Program-made: the position numbers and the translations under genes
Part shown: piece after piece, positions 1-10,307 of the stretch
How positions within the stretch are numbered: the stretch's first letter is position 1
How the letters are laid out: each line of letters begins with the position of its first letter
Origin: Candidatus Kryptoniota bacterium
Lineage (GTDB): Bacteria; Bacteroidota; Ignavibacteria; Kryptoniales; JAKASW01
Length of the DNA stretch: 64,000 nucleotides
Assembly: GCA_046705025.1 (NCBI GenBank)
Contig: JBJKQU010000043.1
Location: 104,961-168,960, forward strand
Direction: 5' to 3'
Notes under the pieces: generated by a model
The model's input: the letters and a program-made list of their open reading frames with translations, nothing else
What the model was told of the DNA's origin: nothing
Databases searched by the model: none

Positions 1-276
1 AATATAACTGAAATGGGGCCTTTAAATCAAACTAACACCTGCCGAACGATAGCTTCACTTAAGAACAACAAAACATTTGAGTAAGAAATTGCAAACTGCA
101 CCGGGAATTTGTGAGCTTCCATCCGACTTTTCGTCCGGAGAAAGGCGGGTTGAAAGGGGCAGGTCGAAGAATAATGCTCTTATATAGGTTCAATCATGAA
201 CTCGATAAGCAGTGAGAGTTCAAAGCCTACACGTTGCAGATACGCTGAAGAAAACCTGGAATGGGTGGGTAAGGTT

Positions 277-1494
277 TCAGGTGTTTGAATTGCAGTCCAC
301 AAGCCTGAGCTTGATTCTGAAAGTCGATCCCTTGCCCGTCTTGCTGTCCTTCAGGAATATCTGCCCGCCGTGGTAAGACTCTATGATGCGCTTGGCAAGA
401 CTCAGCCCCAGTCCCCATCCTCTCTTCTTTGTGGAGTAACCAGGCCGGAAGACATCCCGTCTGAATTTCATATTGATTCCTTTTCCGGTGTCCGAGACGT
501 CGATGGCCACTAACTGGTCTTCTCTTGAAATATGCACAGTAATACTGCCTTCTCTATCTTCAGTTGCATCGAGCGCATTTTTTATAAGGTTCTCAAGCAC
601 CCACTCGAACAGCTCCGGGTTCAACTTCGCGCAGAGGGTCTCATCGCCGGTCAGCGACAACGAGACCGTCTTGCCTGTTTGCGGGATGCGCTTGCGAAAA
701 TAATCGAAGACGTTACCGATAACTTCTGCCGGCCGGACTTTTCGCAGCTCCGGGAGTGACCCGATCCGGGAAAACCTCATCGCTACCTTGTTAAGGCGAT
801 TAAGGTCCTGTTCTATATCCGATAGTATTTCAGATTTTCGATCGTCGTCAACATCTGACTTCAGAAGCTCTGTCCACCCCATCAGGCTGGAGAGGGGCGT
901 ACCGAGCTGGTGAGCGGTTTCCCTAGCCATGCCCACCCAGATGTTAGACTGCTCACTGCGTTTGATGTAACTGAATGCAACATAGCTGATCAGGATGAAG
1001 AGCCCGGCAACTGCAAATTCAACATAAGGGACGTAACGAAGCTGAGCAACCAGATTCGACTCACCATAATGAACATAGTTCAGGACGATAGGACCGGCGG
1101 AGACCTTGATGGGTTGGTCTTCCTTGTCCATCTGCTTTATCAGTCCGACGAGATAGTCGTACTGCTTCCGGACAGATTTTGTCGTGTCAAGTTTGATGTT
1201 TCTAATATTACGGGCGTATGGCTCGATGGGCTGATCATGACTGTCCGTGAGAATCATCGGAAAATCTATCGAGCTCAGAACATCGTCGAAAATGAAGCTA
1301 TAGTCCTGGTATGATGATGAGTCGCTGGCCAGGTATTGAAGCGAGCGGGCGTAAAGATGAGCGGTTCTTGCTTCGCGCTCGATCAGCCGATGCACTATCG
1401 ATTGTGTGTAGACAAGAATCCCGGCAGCAATCAGGGCGGCAAATGCCAACAACCCGGCTTTAATATTGACAGAAGAAGGATTCGAAGACGCCAT
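277..1494 (-). CDS. Membrane sensor histidine kinase
   Basis: Two TM segments, H-box ETAHQLGTPL, N-box LENLIKNALDA, DTGKGI and GWGLGL boxes. Start trimmed to ATG at 1494, which lies just after a -10 box. Confidence 0.92.
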   Translation of the reverse strand: MASSNPSSVNIKAGLLAFAALIAAGILVYTQSIVHRLIEREARTAHLYARSLQYLASDSSSYQDYSFIFDDVLSSIDFPMILTDSHDQPIEPYARNIRNIKLDTTKSVRKQYDYLVGLIKQMDKEDQPIKVSAGPIVLNYVHYGESNLVAQLRYVPYVEFAVAGLFILISYVAFSYIKRSEQSNIWVGMARETAHQLGTPLSSLMGWTELLKSDVDDDRKSEILSDIEQDLNRLNKVAMRFSRIGSLPELRKVRPAEVIGNVFDYFRKRIPQTGKTVSLSLTGDETLCAKLNPELFEWVLENLIKNALDATEDREGSITVHISREDQLVAIDVSDTGKGINMKFRRDVFRPGYSTKKRGWGLGLSLAKRIIESYHGGQIFLKDSKTGKGSTFRIKLRLVDCNSNT

Positions 1495-1502
1495 CTTTTT
1501 GG

Positions 1503-1531
1503 AGTATAAACCCGACAAGCTCCAGTTTCAA
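1503..1531 (-). promoter_or_regulatory. Sigma70-type promoter of the histidine kinase (TTGAAA-17-TATACT)
   Basis: Direct reading of the minus strand; 17-nt spacer; ATG follows 8 nt after the -10. Confidence 0.55.
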
Positions 1532-1720
1532 GACAGCTTGGAACACCGTCACGCGTCGCCGGTAGCGAGTGCGCATTGCCCTGGATTCCGATTCTGGTTC
1601 CGGGTTAGAACATCGACCGACCGGTCGACGCAGCGTTATTGCCCGATGTATCTAACAGCCGTTCTCTACATCAAATATTTCTAGAGGATGTCCGGACGGC
1701 GTATCCAGTTCCCGTTATCC

Positions 1721-1749
1721 TTGATTAGGTGCCGTCAAAAGGTTAAATT
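1721..1749 (+). promoter_or_regulatory. Sigma70-type promoter upstream of hrcA (TTGATT-17-TAAATT)
   Basis: Hexamers with 17-nt spacing; no CIRCE inverted repeat seen. Confidence 0.45.
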
Positions 1750-1777
1750 CAGTTTGATTTCTACTATATAAGTGCCT

Positions 1778-2797
1778 ATGACACACGAACTTACTCAAAG
1801 AGAAAGAGAGGTGTTGCGGGCGGTCGTACACAATTTCATACTCACGGCGACCCCTGTAGCCTCAAAATTCATAGCTCAGAAGCCTGACGTCGATCTAAGC
1901 CCGGCTTCAATCAGACACGTCATGGCACAACTTGAGGAGCAAGGATATCTTAACCACCCGCACACGTCAGCTGGCCGAGTCCCGACGGACAAGGGATACA
2001 GGTTCTACCTGGATTCTCTCATGTCGCTCGAAGAGCTCCGGGAGGACGAGCAGGCGCGCATAGCCCTGGGATTAGATGCTCCTTTCGATTCCACTGAGCT
2101 CTTGAGCGAAGCTTCCAAACTGCTGGGAAAAGTATCGAGACAGCTGAGCCTTGTCTCCGCACCCTACATGGGAGACGCCGTCCTGACAAAGCTAGAGCTG
2201 ATATCTTTGAACCGCTCGAAGATACTCGTCGTGTTGTCACTCAAGACGGGACTGATAAAGACGATCGTCATGGAAATCGAATCGGAGGTGAAGCCCGATC
2301 GTCTCGGGAATGTGAACTCCCTGCTGAACGAACGGCTGGCCGGTCTGAAGCTCTCCGAAATTCGTGAGACGATATTTGAACGGGTCGGCGATTATGCCGA
2401 CGAGGAGGTCATAAGCAGGTTCACGAGCATGCGTGAGAAGATCTTTTCCGCCAGGCCTGAGCCGGACAAAGTTCACATCGGGATGCCTCAAGGGCTTCTG
2501 TCACATCCTGAGTTTGACCTGCCCGAGAACCTCAGGGGAATTCTGGAAATCCTGGGAGACGAGGACGTCATACTTCACATCCTGGAGAAGGGCGCCGCCA
2601 GCGAACCTGTGACCGTGAAGGTCGGGAGCGAGAACGAGGATGAGAAGCTTAAGGACTACAGTCTGATAACGGCGCGCTATGAAACGAGCGGGGTCAAAGG
2701 AACGGTGGGCATAGTCGGTCCGCGGCGGATGCAGTATTCGCGCCTGATACCGCTGGTGGATTTTGTCGCCAAGGTCATTACAAGCAAATTCGAATAA
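1778..2797 (+). CDS. hrcA: Heat-inducible transcription repressor HrcA
   Basis: SPASIRHVMAQLE, PHTSAGRVPTDKGYRFY and GIVGPRRMQY motifs; precedes grpE. Confidence 0.97.
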   Translation: MTHELTQREREVLRAVVHNFILTATPVASKFIAQKPDVDLSPASIRHVMAQLEEQGYLNHPHTSAGRVPTDKGYRFYLDSLMSLEELREDEQARIALGLDAPFDSTELLSEASKLLGKVSRQLSLVSAPYMGDAVLTKLELISLNRSKILVVLSLKTGLIKTIVMEIESEVKPDRLGNVNSLLNERLAGLKLSEIRETIFERVGDYADEEVISRFTSMREKIFSARPEPDKVHIGMPQGLLSHPEFDLPENLRGILEILGDEDVILHILEKGAASEPVTVKVGSENEDEKLKDYSLITARYETSGVKGTVGIVGPRRMQYSRLIPLVDFVAKVITSKFE

Positions 2798-2817
2798 TAA
2801 ATCGTCGTGTTTGAGAA

Positions 2818-3453
2818 ATGGACGATAAGGAACAAAACGAGGACAAAGAACGCCAAATGAGTGAACAGAAAAGAGAGGCTGGACAGCCGCGGGAAACAGA
2901 AGAACCACTGTCGGCACCCGGCACCGAAAACGAGCTCGAAACCGATCTGGAGAAGATGCAGAAGCAATTGGCGGAGTCTGAGACTCTCATAGCTTCGTAT
3001 AAAGACCAGCTGCTGAGACTTGCCGCGGATTTCGAGAATTTCAGGAAAAGAGTGGAAATCGATAAAGCGGATTTCGTCAAATTCTCAAATGAGAAGATCA
3101 TGAGGGATTTACTTCCTATCCTCGACGACTTCAACAGGGCCCTCGCAAACGGGCAGTCAAAATCCGACTTTGAGTCTTTCTATAAGGGAATCGAGATGAT
3201 CCATCAGAAGCTCTACAAGCTTCTAGAAGACAAAGGGCTGAAACCTATCGAGTCAGTCGGCAAGGAATTCGACGTCATGTATCACGATGTACTGATGCAG
3301 GTGCAGCGTCCCGACGTTAAGCCCCACACTATAGTAGAGGAAGTAGAGCGGGGTTACATGCTGCACGGTAAGGTAATCAAACATGCGAAAGTAATAGTAG
3401 CCGCGGATAGTCCGGAGCACCCGGAATCCACGGACGAGAACCGACCTAGTTAA
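2818..3453 (+). CDS. grpE: Nucleotide exchange factor GrpE
   Basis: [40 protein letters not shown] motifs. Confidence 0.97.
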   Translation: MDDKEQNEDKERQMSEQKREAGQPRETEEPLSAPGTENELETDLEKMQKQLAESETLIASYKDQLLRLAADFENFRKRVEIDKADFVKFSNEKIMRDLLPILDDFNRALANGQSKSDFESFYKGIEMIHQKLYKLLEDKGLKPIESVGKEFDVMYHDVLMQVQRPDVKPHTIVEEVERGYMLHGKVIKHAKVIVAADSPEHPESTDENRPS

Positions 3454-3461
3454 GGAACGAG

Positions 3462-4607
3462 ATGGCAAAAAGAGATTACTATGACGTTTTAGGCTTGTCG
3501 AGAAGTGCATCCGTCGACGATATCAAGAAGGCATATCGGAAACTCGCGATGCAATATCATCCCGATCGCAACCCCGGGAACAAACAGGCCGAAGAAAAAT
3601 TCAAGGAGGCAACGGAGGCATACGAAGTCCTGAGTGACCAGGACAAGCGCTCCCGCTACGACAGGTTCGGCCATGAAGGCGTCAGACAGGGTGCCGATTT
3701 TCACGACTGGACCAACACGAATGCTAACGACATCTTCACGGTGTTCAACGATATATTCGGAGGCGGACTCGGCGGATCGATATTCGGTGATTTCTTCGGC
3801 GGAGGCACGCGAACGAGGTCACGCTCAGGCGCATCAACGGGTGAAAGAGGAAGCGATCTGAAGATTTCCGTCAAGCTGACGCTTGAAGAGATTTCCACAG
3901 GAATAGATAAAAAGATCAAAATAAAGCGTCAGGAGAAATGCCAGACTTGCGGAGGCTCGGGTGCAAAGTCCGGCTCCGGCATGTCGACGTGCCCGACATG
4001 CGGAGGGAGCGGTGAGATACGGAAAGCAACCAGGACTATGTTCGGCCAGTTTGTCAACATCGTTCAATGCTCTACATGCGGAGGAATCGGCAAGATAATA
4101 AAGGAGCCCTGCCCCGCATGCGGGGGCACTGGCCGGTTAAACGGCGAATCTACTATCAAGGTAAAGATCCCCCCGGGAGTCGGTGAAGGGAACTACCTGA
4201 CCCTTCGCGGTGAGGGGAACGCCGGACGACGCGGCGGACCTAACGGAGATCTCATTGTGGTAATTGAAGAGGCTGCCCACGAGCATTTCAAGCGGGACGG
4301 CGACGACATTATTTTTGAGCTCGAACTCAGCTTCCCTGAGGCAGCACTCGGAAGTGAAGTCGAGGTCCCGACTCTCATCGGCAGGGCGAAACTGAAAATC
4401 GAGCCCGGCATTCAATCGGGGAAAATTCTGAGGATGCGAGAAAAGGGCCTCCCCCATTTGAACGGGTACGGCAAAGGCGACCAGCTCGTGACCATAAGTG
4501 TTTACACCCCGACAAAGCTGAGCCAGCGTGACAAGGATTTGCTGAAAGATCTCGGTCGTTCTTCTAACATCAGGCCGCCGTCCAGAAACGGCAAGACGGC
4601 TGACTGA
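3462..4607 (+). CDS. dnaJ: Molecular chaperone DnaJ
   Basis: J-domain with HPD, G/F region, four CxxCxGxG repeats. Confidence 0.98.
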   Translation: MAKRDYYDVLGLSRSASVDDIKKAYRKLAMQYHPDRNPGNKQAEEKFKEATEAYEVLSDQDKRSRYDRFGHEGVRQGADFHDWTNTNANDIFTVFNDIFGGGLGGSIFGDFFGGGTRTRSRSGASTGERGSDLKISVKLTLEEISTGIDKKIKIKRQEKCQTCGGSGAKSGSGMSTCPTCGGSGEIRKATRTMFGQFVNIVQCSTCGGIGKIIKEPCPACGGTGRLNGESTIKVKIPPGVGEGNYLTLRGEGNAGRRGGPNGDLIVVIEEAAHEHFKRDGDDIIFELELSFPEAALGSEVEVPTLIGRAKLKIEPGIQSGKILRMREKGLPHLNGYGKGDQLVTISVYTPTKLSQRDKDLLKDLGRSSNIRPPSRNGKTAD

Positions 4608-4707
4608 AACCATCTCACACCGGCCCCGACAACTCGCTCAGATTGACTTGCGGGCTGTTTTTCCCGATATTCCCTTTAGAATCCGACTGATACTATATTG
4701 AATTGAA

Positions 4708-5172
4708 ATGTTACGCAAGGTAGTTCGCATCATCCAGGAAAAGTTCGGTCTCACAAAGAGCGAAGCCGGAGTCATACTTTTCCTTGCGTTCGGCTTGGTT
4801 CTTGGAGGTGTCGCGAAGTTTCTTGATCTCGGCAAATCTACCGAAAGATATGATTTCAGCGACTCGGACTCTTTTTTCGCCGCCGCCTCATCAAAGATAG
4901 ACTCCGCTATCGCTGCGGAGGAGGACACAGGCAAGAGCGCGTCGCCAGTGAGCGGGAGGAAGGAAGCATTGGCGACATCCCCCGTTGATTTGAACAGGGC
5001 CGGACTGAACGACCTTGTAGCCGTGCCGGGAATCGGGAGTGTAACCGCACAGAGGATTATCGACTACAGGACCGCGAACGGAAGATTCACAACTGTAGAC
5101 GATCTGCTGAAGGTAAAAGGAATCGGCGCTAAGAAACTTGAACAGATAAAACGGTACGTGAGAGCGGACTAG
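4708..5172 (+). CDS. comEA: ComEA-family helix-hairpin-helix DNA-binding protein
   Basis: N-terminal TM segment; C-terminal VDLNRA...VPGIG...RIIDYR...LLKVKGIG double HhH. Confidence 0.88.
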   Translation: MLRKVVRIIQEKFGLTKSEAGVILFLAFGLVLGGVAKFLDLGKSTERYDFSDSDSFFAAASSKIDSAIAAEEDTGKSASPVSGRKEALATSPVDLNRAGLNDLVAVPGIGSVTAQRIIDYRTANGRFTTVDDLLKVKGIGAKKLEQIKRYVRAD

Positions 5173-6042
5173 ATGGAACAATACAGAATAGTTCTCGGAC
5201 TCGAGATAGGAGAAGGCTTCCTGCGGGCCGCTGAAGTGGAACACAGGGAGGGCGAGTTCTTCCTTTCGAGAATTGCCCGGCGAAAATTGGACAGCCTGAA
5301 AGTGGACGACCTGGTGCAGGCTATCTCTCTGCTCATTAATGAAGAAGCGATTCTAAGCCGGATCGTGTCCGCTGCAATCGATTCGAGGCTCCTGGATAAG
5401 GACACGATCGACGTCGACTCAGATCTGCGGCATGATGAGGTAGTGAACTTTCTCGAAGCGGAAACAGCTTTTCACCGCGGCCTGACTGAAAAACAATATC
5501 GGCCTGCGTATGACGTGCTGAAGATCAAGGGGAACTCCTACAAGGAGGTGTTCTATGCGGCAGTTGAGAAGGAGCTCCTGAGCTCGCTCAAGAATGCATG
5601 TACAAGATGCGGCCTCGATCTCCATTTCATCGACCTGGATCACTCTTGCAGCGAACTCGCGGTGAACAAACTTGTTCAATCTGCCGAAAACAACTACGTG
5701 CTCATCACAGTGAAAGAGAAGCAGATCGAAGGCAGCTTCTGCCGAAAAGGCGAACGGGTCACATATAAGTATGTCCGGTATGCAGACGAGCCGTTCTATT
5801 TCGTTACCAAGCTGGCAAACGATCTGGAGTCCCTGGCTGACGATTACGCCGAGAAGATATACATCACCGGAACGGCGGCAGACGGCTTCTTGATCGATCT
5901 ACTTCAGAAGAGCGCCGATGAGCGGTATGAGCTATTACTGCCGGGTCAGAGGCTGCTTCTCTCACCGGTAGTCTCCACAAACCAGGAACTCAATCCCCTT
6001 CCCCATTACTTCTCCTCAGTTATCGGCGCAGCGCTGAAATAG
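5173..6042 (+). CDS. Hypothetical protein, possibly divergent PilM/actin-fold
   Basis: N-terminal VLGLEIG..LRAAEV, late IYITG and C-terminal VIGAALK resemble PilM/FtsA patterns; translationally coupled to neighbours. Confidence 0.5.
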   Translation: MEQYRIVLGLEIGEGFLRAAEVEHREGEFFLSRIARRKLDSLKVDDLVQAISLLINEEAILSRIVSAAIDSRLLDKDTIDVDSDLRHDEVVNFLEAETAFHRGLTEKQYRPAYDVLKIKGNSYKEVFYAAVEKELLSSLKNACTRCGLDLHFIDLDHSCSELAVNKLVQSAENNYVLITVKEKQIEGSFCRKGERVTYKYVRYADEPFYFVTKLANDLESLADDYAEKIYITGTAADGFLIDLLQKSADERYELLLPGQRLLLSPVVSTNQELNPLPHYFSSVIGAALK

Positions 6043-6044
6043 AG

Positions 6045-6599
6045 ATGAGAATTACAGGCGGAACACTTAGAAGCAGAAAACTGCTGTCGATCGAATCTGC
6101 GAAGTTAAGGCCCGCAACAGACAGACTCCGCGAAACGATGTTTGCTATCGTGATGAACATCGTTGATCTGGAAGGTGCCGCAGTGCTCGACCTGTATGCA
6201 GGCACAGGAAGCGTCGGCTTCGAGGCAGTCAGCAGGGGAGCCGGGCGCGCCGTCTTTGTAGAAGCTGACCCGAAGATAGCAGGCGTACTCAGGAGAAATG
6301 CCATCGCACTCGGAGTACCGGAAACATGCGATGTCAGAGTAATGAAAGTCGAGAGGTTCCTCAGGATAAACAGCGACCAATTCGACGTTGTGTTCGTCGA
6401 TCCTCCGTATGCTGTCAACGCGTCAACCGACAGCATCATTGATAAGATCCTCTCAAGCGGAGCCGTCGGCAAATCGGGGCTCATCTGCGTCGAACACTCC
6501 AAGTCATATTCACCGGATCCTTCCCTGTTGATTCGACAGAAGATTTTTGGTTCAACTATGCTGTCCCTTTTAAAGCCGGAGAAAAAATGTCTAAATTGA
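6045..6599 (+). CDS. rsmD: 16S rRNA m2G966 methyltransferase RsmD
   Basis: MRITGG, LRPATDRLRE, DLYAGTG, SRGA and DPPY motifs; adjacent to coaD. Confidence 0.95.
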   Translation: MRITGGTLRSRKLLSIESAKLRPATDRLRETMFAIVMNIVDLEGAAVLDLYAGTGSVGFEAVSRGAGRAVFVEADPKIAGVLRRNAIALGVPETCDVRVMKVERFLRINSDQFDVVFVDPPYAVNASTDSIIDKILSSGAVGKSGLICVEHSKSYSPDPSLLIRQKIFGSTMLSLLKPEKKCLN

Positions 6600-7111
6600 T
6601 CCCCCTGGAAAAAGTAGTGATATACCCGGGCACTTTCGATCCGGTTACATACGGTCATGTCGACGTTGCCAAACGTGCCGCCCAATTGTTTGACAGAGTC
6701 ATAATCTGCGTCGCGGTTAATACGCTGAAGGCCCCACTGTTTTCGGGAGCGGAGCGCGTCAGGCTCATAGAGCAGGCAGTGAAAGACATCCGTAATATCG
6801 ACGTGGAAAAATTCGAGGGGCTGCTGGTCGACTATGCCCTCGAAAAAAAGGCCAACGCAATCGTCCGCGGGTTGAGGGCCGTGTCCGACTTCGAATATGA
6901 GTTCCAGATGGCGTTGACAAACAGGAAGTTGAGCGCGGACATCGACACGGTCTTTCTCATGCCGGACGAGAAGTACACATACCTCAACAGCACCATCGTC
7001 CGGGAAATCGCCAGGTTCGGAGGGGATGTCAGCGAGTTTGTACCACTACACGTAAAGAATGAACTTATAAATAAATTCAGAGATGCAGAAACCAAAGACG
7101 GAAGGAAGTAA
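6587..7111 (+). CDS. coaD: Pantetheine-phosphate adenylyltransferase
   Basis: YPGTFDPVTYGH and RGLRAVSDFEYE motifs. Confidence 0.98.
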   Translation: MSKLIPLEKVVIYPGTFDPVTYGHVDVAKRAAQLFDRVIICVAVNTLKAPLFSGAERVRLIEQAVKDIRNIDVEKFEGLLVDYALEKKANAIVRGLRAVSDFEYEFQMALTNRKLSADIDTVFLMPDEKYTYLNSTIVREIARFGGDVSEFVPLHVKNELINKFRDAETKDGRK

Positions 7112-7116
7112 CCTAG

Positions 7117-8310
7117 ATGACCTCGCTTTCTAAGAAAGTAGACAGAGTCCAAGAGTCTCAAACGATAGCAATAACATCTCTCGCTAAGAAATTGCGGGCC
7201 GAAGGCAAGAAGATTATCAGCCTGAGTGCGGGAGAACCGGATTTCCCAACGCCCGAAAACGTGAAGCAGGCAGCGATAAAGGCTATTCAGGACAACTTCA
7301 CAAAATACACGCAGAACGAAGGCATTCCGGAATTAAGGGAAGCAGTTGCGGAGAAATTCAGGAAGGAAAACGGTTTCAACGTGAAATCGTCGAACGTGCT
7401 GGTCTCAAACGGAGGCAAGCACTCGATCTTCAACGCACTTCAGGCGATCTGCAACCCCGGAGATGAGGTGATAATCCCGGCTCCGTACTGGGTCAGCTTT
7501 CCCGAGATCGTGAAACTCGCAGACGCAACACCAGTTGTCCTTCAGACAAAAGAAGAAAACGGATTCACGCTCAGGACCGAAGACCTGAAACCACTTCTGA
7601 CTCCAAAGACCAAAGCACTGATTATAAACTCGCCGTCGAATCCGACTGGAAGCGTCACCAGCGAAGCGACACTCCGTGAAATCGCGGCGCTCGCGAAGGA
7701 AAGGGATTTCTATATCATATCCGACGAGATCTATGAGAAGATTATTTACGACGGCAATAAGCATTTCTCGGTCGGGTCGATCCGCGAGATCCAGGACAGG
7801 GTGATCACTGCCAGCGGAGTTTCGAAGGCCTATTCGATGACAGGATGGCGCATCGGTTTCATGCTGGCAAACGAAGACATAGTCAGACGTGCGGCCAAGA
7901 TCCAAAGCCAGATGACCTCAAACGCTTCGTCCATATCGCAGGCAGCGGCGCTCGAAGCCCTGACGGGACCTCAGACCGATGTCGAGAAAATGAAGGCGTC
8001 TTTCCAGCACAGACGCGACGTCATGCTGGCCCGCCTCTCTCAGATCGATGGGGTCACGGTCAGAAAACCTGGAGGAGCATTCTACTTCTTCCCGTCGGTA
8101 AAGGGCCTGTTCGGAAAGAAGGGCGACGGAAAGGTACTGAAGGGTTCATCCGATGTCGCTCATTATTTCCTGACGGAGGCTCAGGTTGCACTCGTACCCG
8201 GCATCGCGTTCGGCTCGGACGAACACGTGAGAATCTCATACGCATATTCAGAAAGGGAATTGACGGAAGCCGTCGACAGGATCGCCAGCGCCGTCTCGAA
8301 ACTTAAATGA
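7117..8310 (+). CDS. PLP-dependent aspartate aminotransferase (class I)
   Basis: GEPDF, NSPSNPTG, SDEIYE and SKAYSMTGWRIG motifs. Confidence 0.93.
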   Translation: MTSLSKKVDRVQESQTIAITSLAKKLRAEGKKIISLSAGEPDFPTPENVKQAAIKAIQDNFTKYTQNEGIPELREAVAEKFRKENGFNVKSSNVLVSNGGKHSIFNALQAICNPGDEVIIPAPYWVSFPEIVKLADATPVVLQTKEENGFTLRTEDLKPLLTPKTKALIINSPSNPTGSVTSEATLREIAALAKERDFYIISDEIYEKIIYDGNKHFSVGSIREIQDRVITASGVSKAYSMTGWRIGFMLANEDIVRRAAKIQSQMTSNASSISQAAALEALTGPQTDVEKMKASFQHRRDVMLARLSQIDGVTVRKPGGAFYFFPSVKGLFGKKGDGKVLKGSSDVAHYFLTEAQVALVPGIAFGSDEHVRISYAYSERELTEAVDRIASAVSKLK

Positions 8311-9476
8311 CTATTCCAATAGTTCGGCTGAAGCCCAAGGAAAACAGGAGAATTCAGGCCGGTCATCTTTGGGTCTTCAGTAACGAAATCGCGACAATTG
8401 AAGGCACGCCGACCGCCGGTGATGTCGTGGAAATCAGAAAGCACGGGGGCGGTCCAATCGGTTACGGGTTTTACAATCCCAGGACACTCATAGCCGTCAG
8501 ACTCTTCTCGAAAGAATTCGTCGAACCGGACAAAGAGTTTTTCATGAAGAGGCTGAGCGCCGCCCTTTCGCTTCGCAACACCCTGTTTGATATCCCCTTC
8601 TATCGGCTTGTCCACAGTGAGAGCGATTTCCTTCCCGGGCTGGTTGTCGACAGGTTCGGCTCTCTCTTCAGTGTCCAAATCCTCTCGATTGCAATGGAAA
8701 GGAGAAAGGAAACAATTTACGAGTGCCTGCACGAGATGTTCTCTGCGGAAGCCATCTACGAGCGAAATGAAAGCAGCTCACGAGAACTGGAAGGTCTGCC
8801 CAGGTCGACTTCGATCGTCTTCGGAGAGGATCGGACGACTGATTACCGTGAAGATGGAGTTACCTTCAGAATAAATCCGTTTAGAGGTCAGAAGACAGGC
8901 TTCTACTTCGACCAGCGCCTGAACAGGATTTTCTCCAGACAATTTGCTGATCGCTCTTCTGTGCTTGATCTGTTTTCAAACGAGGGAGGATTTGCCGTGA
9001 ACATGGCGCACTCTGGAGCTCAGACTGTTGTTGCCGTGGATTCGTCGGCTGCCGCGATTGAAAATCTCAGATCGAATTTGAAATTGAACTTACTTGATAA
9101 CGTCCAGGGTATCACGTCGGATGTAAATGCTTATCTGGCGAAAGCGGTCGCGTCAGGAGAAAGATTCGACGTGGTCGTCTGCGATCCACCCAGCTTCACG
9201 AAGAACAGAAAGAGTGTCCCGACGGCAAAAGCCGGCTACAGACATTTGCATGAAAGCCTGTATGGCGTATTGAAAAGCGGCGGAATTTTAATGACCGCAT
9301 CGTGCTCCCACCACATCTTCAGGGAAACATTCGAGGAGATTATTGCTGCGGCGGCGGATAGGACGGGCCGGACGCTCCAATTGCTGCATCGAGCCGGCGC
9401 CTCGCCAGACCACCCCGTCCTGCCGGGCATGCCCGAGACCGAGTACCTGAAATTCAACGTTTACAGGGTTTTCTGA
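8307..9476 (+). CDS. RlmI-like SAM-dependent rRNA methyltransferase
   Basis: GHLWVFSNEI PUA-like N-terminus, GQKTGFYFDQR, DPPSF, SCSHH, PETEYLK. Confidence 0.9.
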   Translation: MTIPIVRLKPKENRRIQAGHLWVFSNEIATIEGTPTAGDVVEIRKHGGGPIGYGFYNPRTLIAVRLFSKEFVEPDKEFFMKRLSAALSLRNTLFDIPFYRLVHSESDFLPGLVVDRFGSLFSVQILSIAMERRKETIYECLHEMFSAEAIYERNESSSRELEGLPRSTSIVFGEDRTTDYREDGVTFRINPFRGQKTGFYFDQRLNRIFSRQFADRSSVLDLFSNEGGFAVNMAHSGAQTVVAVDSSAAAIENLRSNLKLNLLDNVQGITSDVNAYLAKAVASGERFDVVVCDPPSFTKNRKSVPTAKAGYRHLHESLYGVLKSGGILMTASCSHHIFRETFEEIIAAAADRTGRTLQLLHRAGASPDHPVLPGMPETEYLKFNVYRVF

Positions 9477-9616
9477 GGATGTAGGACGTTCACAGCACGT
9501 TTCTGGAACTATTTGACGCAATTTCGTATTGAACCTAGCAAAACACCATGTCGTCCAAAGATATGATGAAAATGACTCACAGACCTACTAAATTGACTAC
9601 CACTAGGTATGAGAAC

Positions 9617-10306
9617 ATGAAAATATTACCCTTTTTGCTCCTGATTGTCTTCGCAGCTACAGCGACTGTAGCGCAAGCACAGGAGCGAAATTATTCGGCC
9701 CAACCGGACTCCGAATATAACTATATGCCGGTAAGAGACATTTCGCAACCTGATTCGGTTGTGAAGCCGAACGCGCTCGGTCTTGACCTCATGATAGGTA
9801 ATACGGGATTTGGTTTGGGATTTTCATACAGGCATGCAATCACCAGCACCATGTTCTGGACAGTTAACGTGACGGCTTCAGAGGCGAAGGCCCCTAATGA
9901 AATTGACTACATAGACCCGTTTACCGGACAGAAGTTTGTTCCCGGAAAGATCAACCAACTCTTTGTATTTCCTGCGATGGTCGGTTTGCAGTACAGGCTT
10001 TTCAAAAACCAGATCACCGATTCTTTCCGCCCTTATGTTTTTGCAGGGCTGGGTCCGAACGCGGTCCTGGCTGCACCTTATGATCAGCCCCTTGGATACA
10101 GCTTCTCTCACAGCAGAGGATACTTTGGGATGGGTGCTTATTTCGGCGCGGGAGCATATTTCGGTCTTGACCCCCACAACCTGGTAGGGGTAAGCCTGCG
10201 GTATTACGTATTGCCTATGTCTCACGGCATTGAGAGTCTCCAGAATGAGCCGATGGCCAACTTCAACACCTTCTTCATCGCCTTCAACATAGCCACCCAA
10301 TACTGA
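9617..10306 (+). CDS. Secreted probable outer-membrane beta-barrel protein
   Basis: Signal peptide from ATG 9617; alternating G/aromatic beta-strands; terminal Tyr. Confidence 0.6.
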   Translation: MKILPFLLLIVFAATATVAQAQERNYSAQPDSEYNYMPVRDISQPDSVVKPNALGLDLMIGNTGFGLGFSYRHAITSTMFWTVNVTASEAKAPNEIDYIDPFTGQKFVPGKINQLFVFPAMVGLQYRLFKNQITDSFRPYVFAGLGPNAVLAAPYDQPLGYSFSHSRGYFGMGAYFGAGAYFGLDPHNLVGVSLRYYVLPMSHGIESLQNEPMANFNTFFIAFNIATQY

Positions 10307-10307
10307 G

